A stretch of 63,458 nucleotides of DNA, counting the filler, from Craspedostauros australis (lineage: Eukaryota), in assembly GCA_030167865.1 (NCBI GenBank). It is 16 parts of 16 records of this genome, joined end to end, with 100 filler letters (N's around TTAATTAATTAA, not from the genome) between each part and the next. Parts side by side here need not be neighbours in the genome. Positions count along the whole stretch, not along the records: positions 57,098 to 63,458 come from JALAGF010000894.1; 15 more parts are not named here. The stretch is one strand, 5' to 3'. The notes under the pieces were generated by a model. That model worked only from the letters and a program-made list of their open reading frames with translations, did not search any database and had not been told where the DNA came from. The position numbers were made by a program, and so were the translations under genes. Shown in pieces: positions 60,596 to 63,458 of the stretch. Position 1 is the first letter of the stretch; each line of letters begins with the position of its first letter.

Positions 60596-62202
60596 TCCGA
60601 AGTGATTGTGGTGGACAGCACTGCCGAGGAAGAGGAGTGAAGTGTCAGATCATGCCATGCCATACCAGAAATCTTCCACAAGTGAACGCATGACAGAATT
60701 GAGTTGATTGACAAAAATAGTCGTCAGAATAGTCATTAGGATAGAATCTGTGTGAAAGGAGCTGGAGCAACTTGAGATCCATTCATTCAATGGTGCGTCC
60801 GGCATTCCTTCACCGTCGCCTTTGGTGATGTGCACAGCATGCTGCTCTGCATGCAGTCCCGTATCGTTCACAGCGCGGTCTGGCTGGGCCGCGAGATACG
60901 CATGGTCTTCTGTGCATGAATTGCAGATGATCCCGGTTGGTGTAAGGCACGCTGCTGTGCATCATCATTTGCCAATGCGACATGAAGAAGATGGTTCAGC
61001 CACCGCTGTCATCGTTGTGGTCGTCATTGCCGATCATATGGTTTCCGCGTTCGTTGGTTTCGCGGGTGTGGAAGGAGTTGTGTGGGAAGCTATGGTGGAC
61101 CCTGCGGGTGTCATGCATGGCTTGTTGGACTCGAATCCAACGTGACGAGGTGGAGCGTATTGCGACAGTTAGCTTGTTGTTGGTGGTGGTGGTGGTGCTG
61201 CAGTTCGAGCATGATGTCGCGCAAGGCACGCATGTATGCCAGTAGCTGCATGGTTTTCGATAGGTATGGCCGACAAAGATGACGAGCAATGGGAGAAGTT
61301 GCCAACGTCATTGCACACGATTTCAACAATGGTGGATCCAAGGAAACAGTGCCTCTGTCTCATCGTTTGCGGTTTGTGGTGGCGACGTATCGTTTCGAGC
61401 ATCGGTATGAACAGGCGTGGCTGGTTGTGGTGCGTGTTGTGGGGACTGAGGAACATCTCCAAACTGATGGCTCTGCAGGTCTCGGGAAAAGTCGCTGCGT
61501 CCAATCTCACAGATGCACCCAACCAATATGTGCTGAATCTCCGTTTCAGACAACGCATCGGATGTTTATGTGGGTGCGCGCGGCTGCTGATGATTTGAAT
61601 CTAGACCGCACCATGGGCCATGACATGTCTTGCCATCGTAGTTGGCTCTGTTGTTGGTGCTGTGATTTCCCATGTCCCAAGCCCATCTTTACTCCGGAGC
61701 AGTTGGTGTGATATCTTCCTTTCGCATGTCGCTGAGCGATGCGACAAGTTTGAGATCGCTGTTCATCACCGCTTGCCATTCATCATCGGCATGATCATTG
61801 GCATCATCATTGTCTCTTGCAATGGTCGCCTTCGTTGATTCTGGTTAGCGTGCCATATTTTGCGCAGCCGCCGCTTGCTTGATTACTTCATTGCTTCATT
61901 GCTTTGCTGCTTGACAGACAATGTCTCAGTGTTGGCTGATACCTCCATCAATGCAAACATAGTCATGCCGTTTCATCTTTCTTGCTCTCTCTCTCTCGCT
62001 CTCTCTTGTTGTGTTGATGTTGTTTGATGGATCATGTGCAAAATCGAAGATTCGTTGTTTTGGATGGTGTCAAGAATTGTTGGCGCGTTTGTTGAGTACT
62101 CGTCTGTCTGCCGTCCGTCATTCATTCAACCAATGACGCACACAAACACTCACAACGAACATCACCTCTCTGTTCTCTTCATTCGACGCAACTCTGTTCG
62201 AC

Positions 62203-63458
62203 GATGGTGAGGGTGAAGGCGACCACTCCAACGGCACCACATCCCTTCATTGGTACCACCAACAACACCAACACAAACAATCAGACAATCAGACAATCAG
62301 ACAAGATGATGAGGCATCGACATCCAAGAGGAACTGTGGGAAGGCTCGCCAGTTGCTCCGCATCTTGACCCACCCGTCGTACGACTATGAGTATGGAACC
62401 TTCCATGACTACGATCTACTCTGGGAGTTGTCACAGCAAAGCACCCAGCCTGATACTCTGTTCGAACCTTCGCTCGGTCATGAGGTCATGACGATTGAAG
62501 TTGCTGGAAGAGGACGGTGTCAGACTGATAGCAGAGAAGCAAACGGAGATCAAGCAACCGCAGCAGGCCGACACGAAATCGAAGGCGAGCGAGCCCACCA
62601 GCGTCGCCAATGAGGCCAAAGCAGCTGCAAATCAGGTCGTCGTGCGAGTGTCAGCACAGATACACCAAGCAGGGCCAATAGAAGCACAGCACAAGATGCG
62701 AAAGCTTCAGCTGTGAAACCATCACGTGCGAAGAGTCTGGACATGCTCAACATGCAAGATCACAAGATGTCATTCAGCTCCCTTGATCCCAGCAAGTTCA
62801 ACAGCAACAAACCAATGCCGGTGCCAAACACCCCAGGTGGACTCAGCTTCGCCACAGCCCCAGCACTCGGCGCACCCAGCGAATGGAGCAGCCAAGACAA
62901 GACGAAGCTTGCCCAGAGTCGGAGACGCAGGCCAAGGACACAAACGAATTCCAACGGAACGACCAGCAGCGCCAAATTGAGGAGCAAGAGTTTGGAATTC
63001 TCGAAGGATGGACACCACATGCCAGTCAAACCAGACACATCAGACATACCAGGCGCGATGAGCGCAGCCAGCACCCCGGCTCTACCTCGAGTTGCGACAA
63101 CGGAGACGTCACGCAGCAAGAGCTTGGAGTAACTGTCCATTCTGCCAAGTCTCCATGACGACGATGATGACAACGTCGGCGCTGCGACAAGTGCTGCTGC
63201 AATGAACGGTGGGAGAAGCTCTGTGGCCCCTGTCACACCTGGAGGTCGGAGCGCGGCATCTACACCAGCCCCCTTTCCCTTCAGCCGCACACATGAAGAG
63301 AGACAACAGTCTTTGTCGTTGAAGAAGCGCAGGTCGACGTTGGCAAGCATCCTCAAGGCCAAACGATCATCATGACGTGAAGTGTCGTCGACCAATCCTG
63401 CCAAATCGAAGCAACGACCATCTCTCGAATGTCGACCATCGCAATTGGCCGATCTTGC
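62203..63458 (+). pseudogene. Disrupted low-complexity protein with repeated R(S/A)KSL(D/E) motif
   Basis: Overlapping ORFs in different frames and an in-frame TAA at 63130; three RxKSL motifs; runs off the window end. Confidence 0.35.

Noticed and set aside
60650..61840. Overlapping short ORFs, including a poly-His/Gln stretch
   Set aside because: Possibly a decayed gene, but no family could be recognised.
1..63458. tRNA, rRNA, ribozyme or prokaryotic operon/defence system
   Set aside because: None recognised by eye, including at the LINE 5' end; a covariance-model search would be needed to exclude small RNAs.

Overview
This is eukaryotic DNA, very probably from a diatom draft assembly. 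Support: a silaffin-type RxL/KxxK secreted protein, a bipartite plastid-targeting motif, diatom-style Copia and RNase H-bearing LINE elements, and a GT-AG intron. The window is not contiguous. It consists of 16 contigs joined by artificial 100-nt linkers (44 N + TTAATTAATTAA + 44 N), so adjacency across linkers is meaningless. Host genes: mitochondrial ribosomal protein mS29/DAP3 (two exons), an ALDH9/betaine aldehyde dehydrogenase, two paralogous secreted Pro/Thr/Ser-rich and Cys-rich proteins, a plastid PDZ protein and a partial CRAL-TRIO-like protein. Damaged copies: MGDG synthase, a sulfotransferase-like gene and an ankyrin-BTB gene. Much of the rest is transposon: a near-complete Copia with two nonsense codons and an extra Zn-finger domain, other Copia fragments, an internally deleted LINE, a Sola3-like transposase with terminal repeat, and other dispersed termini. 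The most interesting signal is a mutational signature in repeats and dead genes in which both CpG and TpA appear converted to TpG/CpA (Tyr to His/Cys, Arg to stop/Gln), suggesting a repeat-directed hypermutation process. Also notable is a 7.4-kb contig bounded by identical direct repeats, a probable tandem amplicon carrying the silaffin/adhesin-like gene and BADH. All family assignments come from motif recognition by eye; no searches were run.
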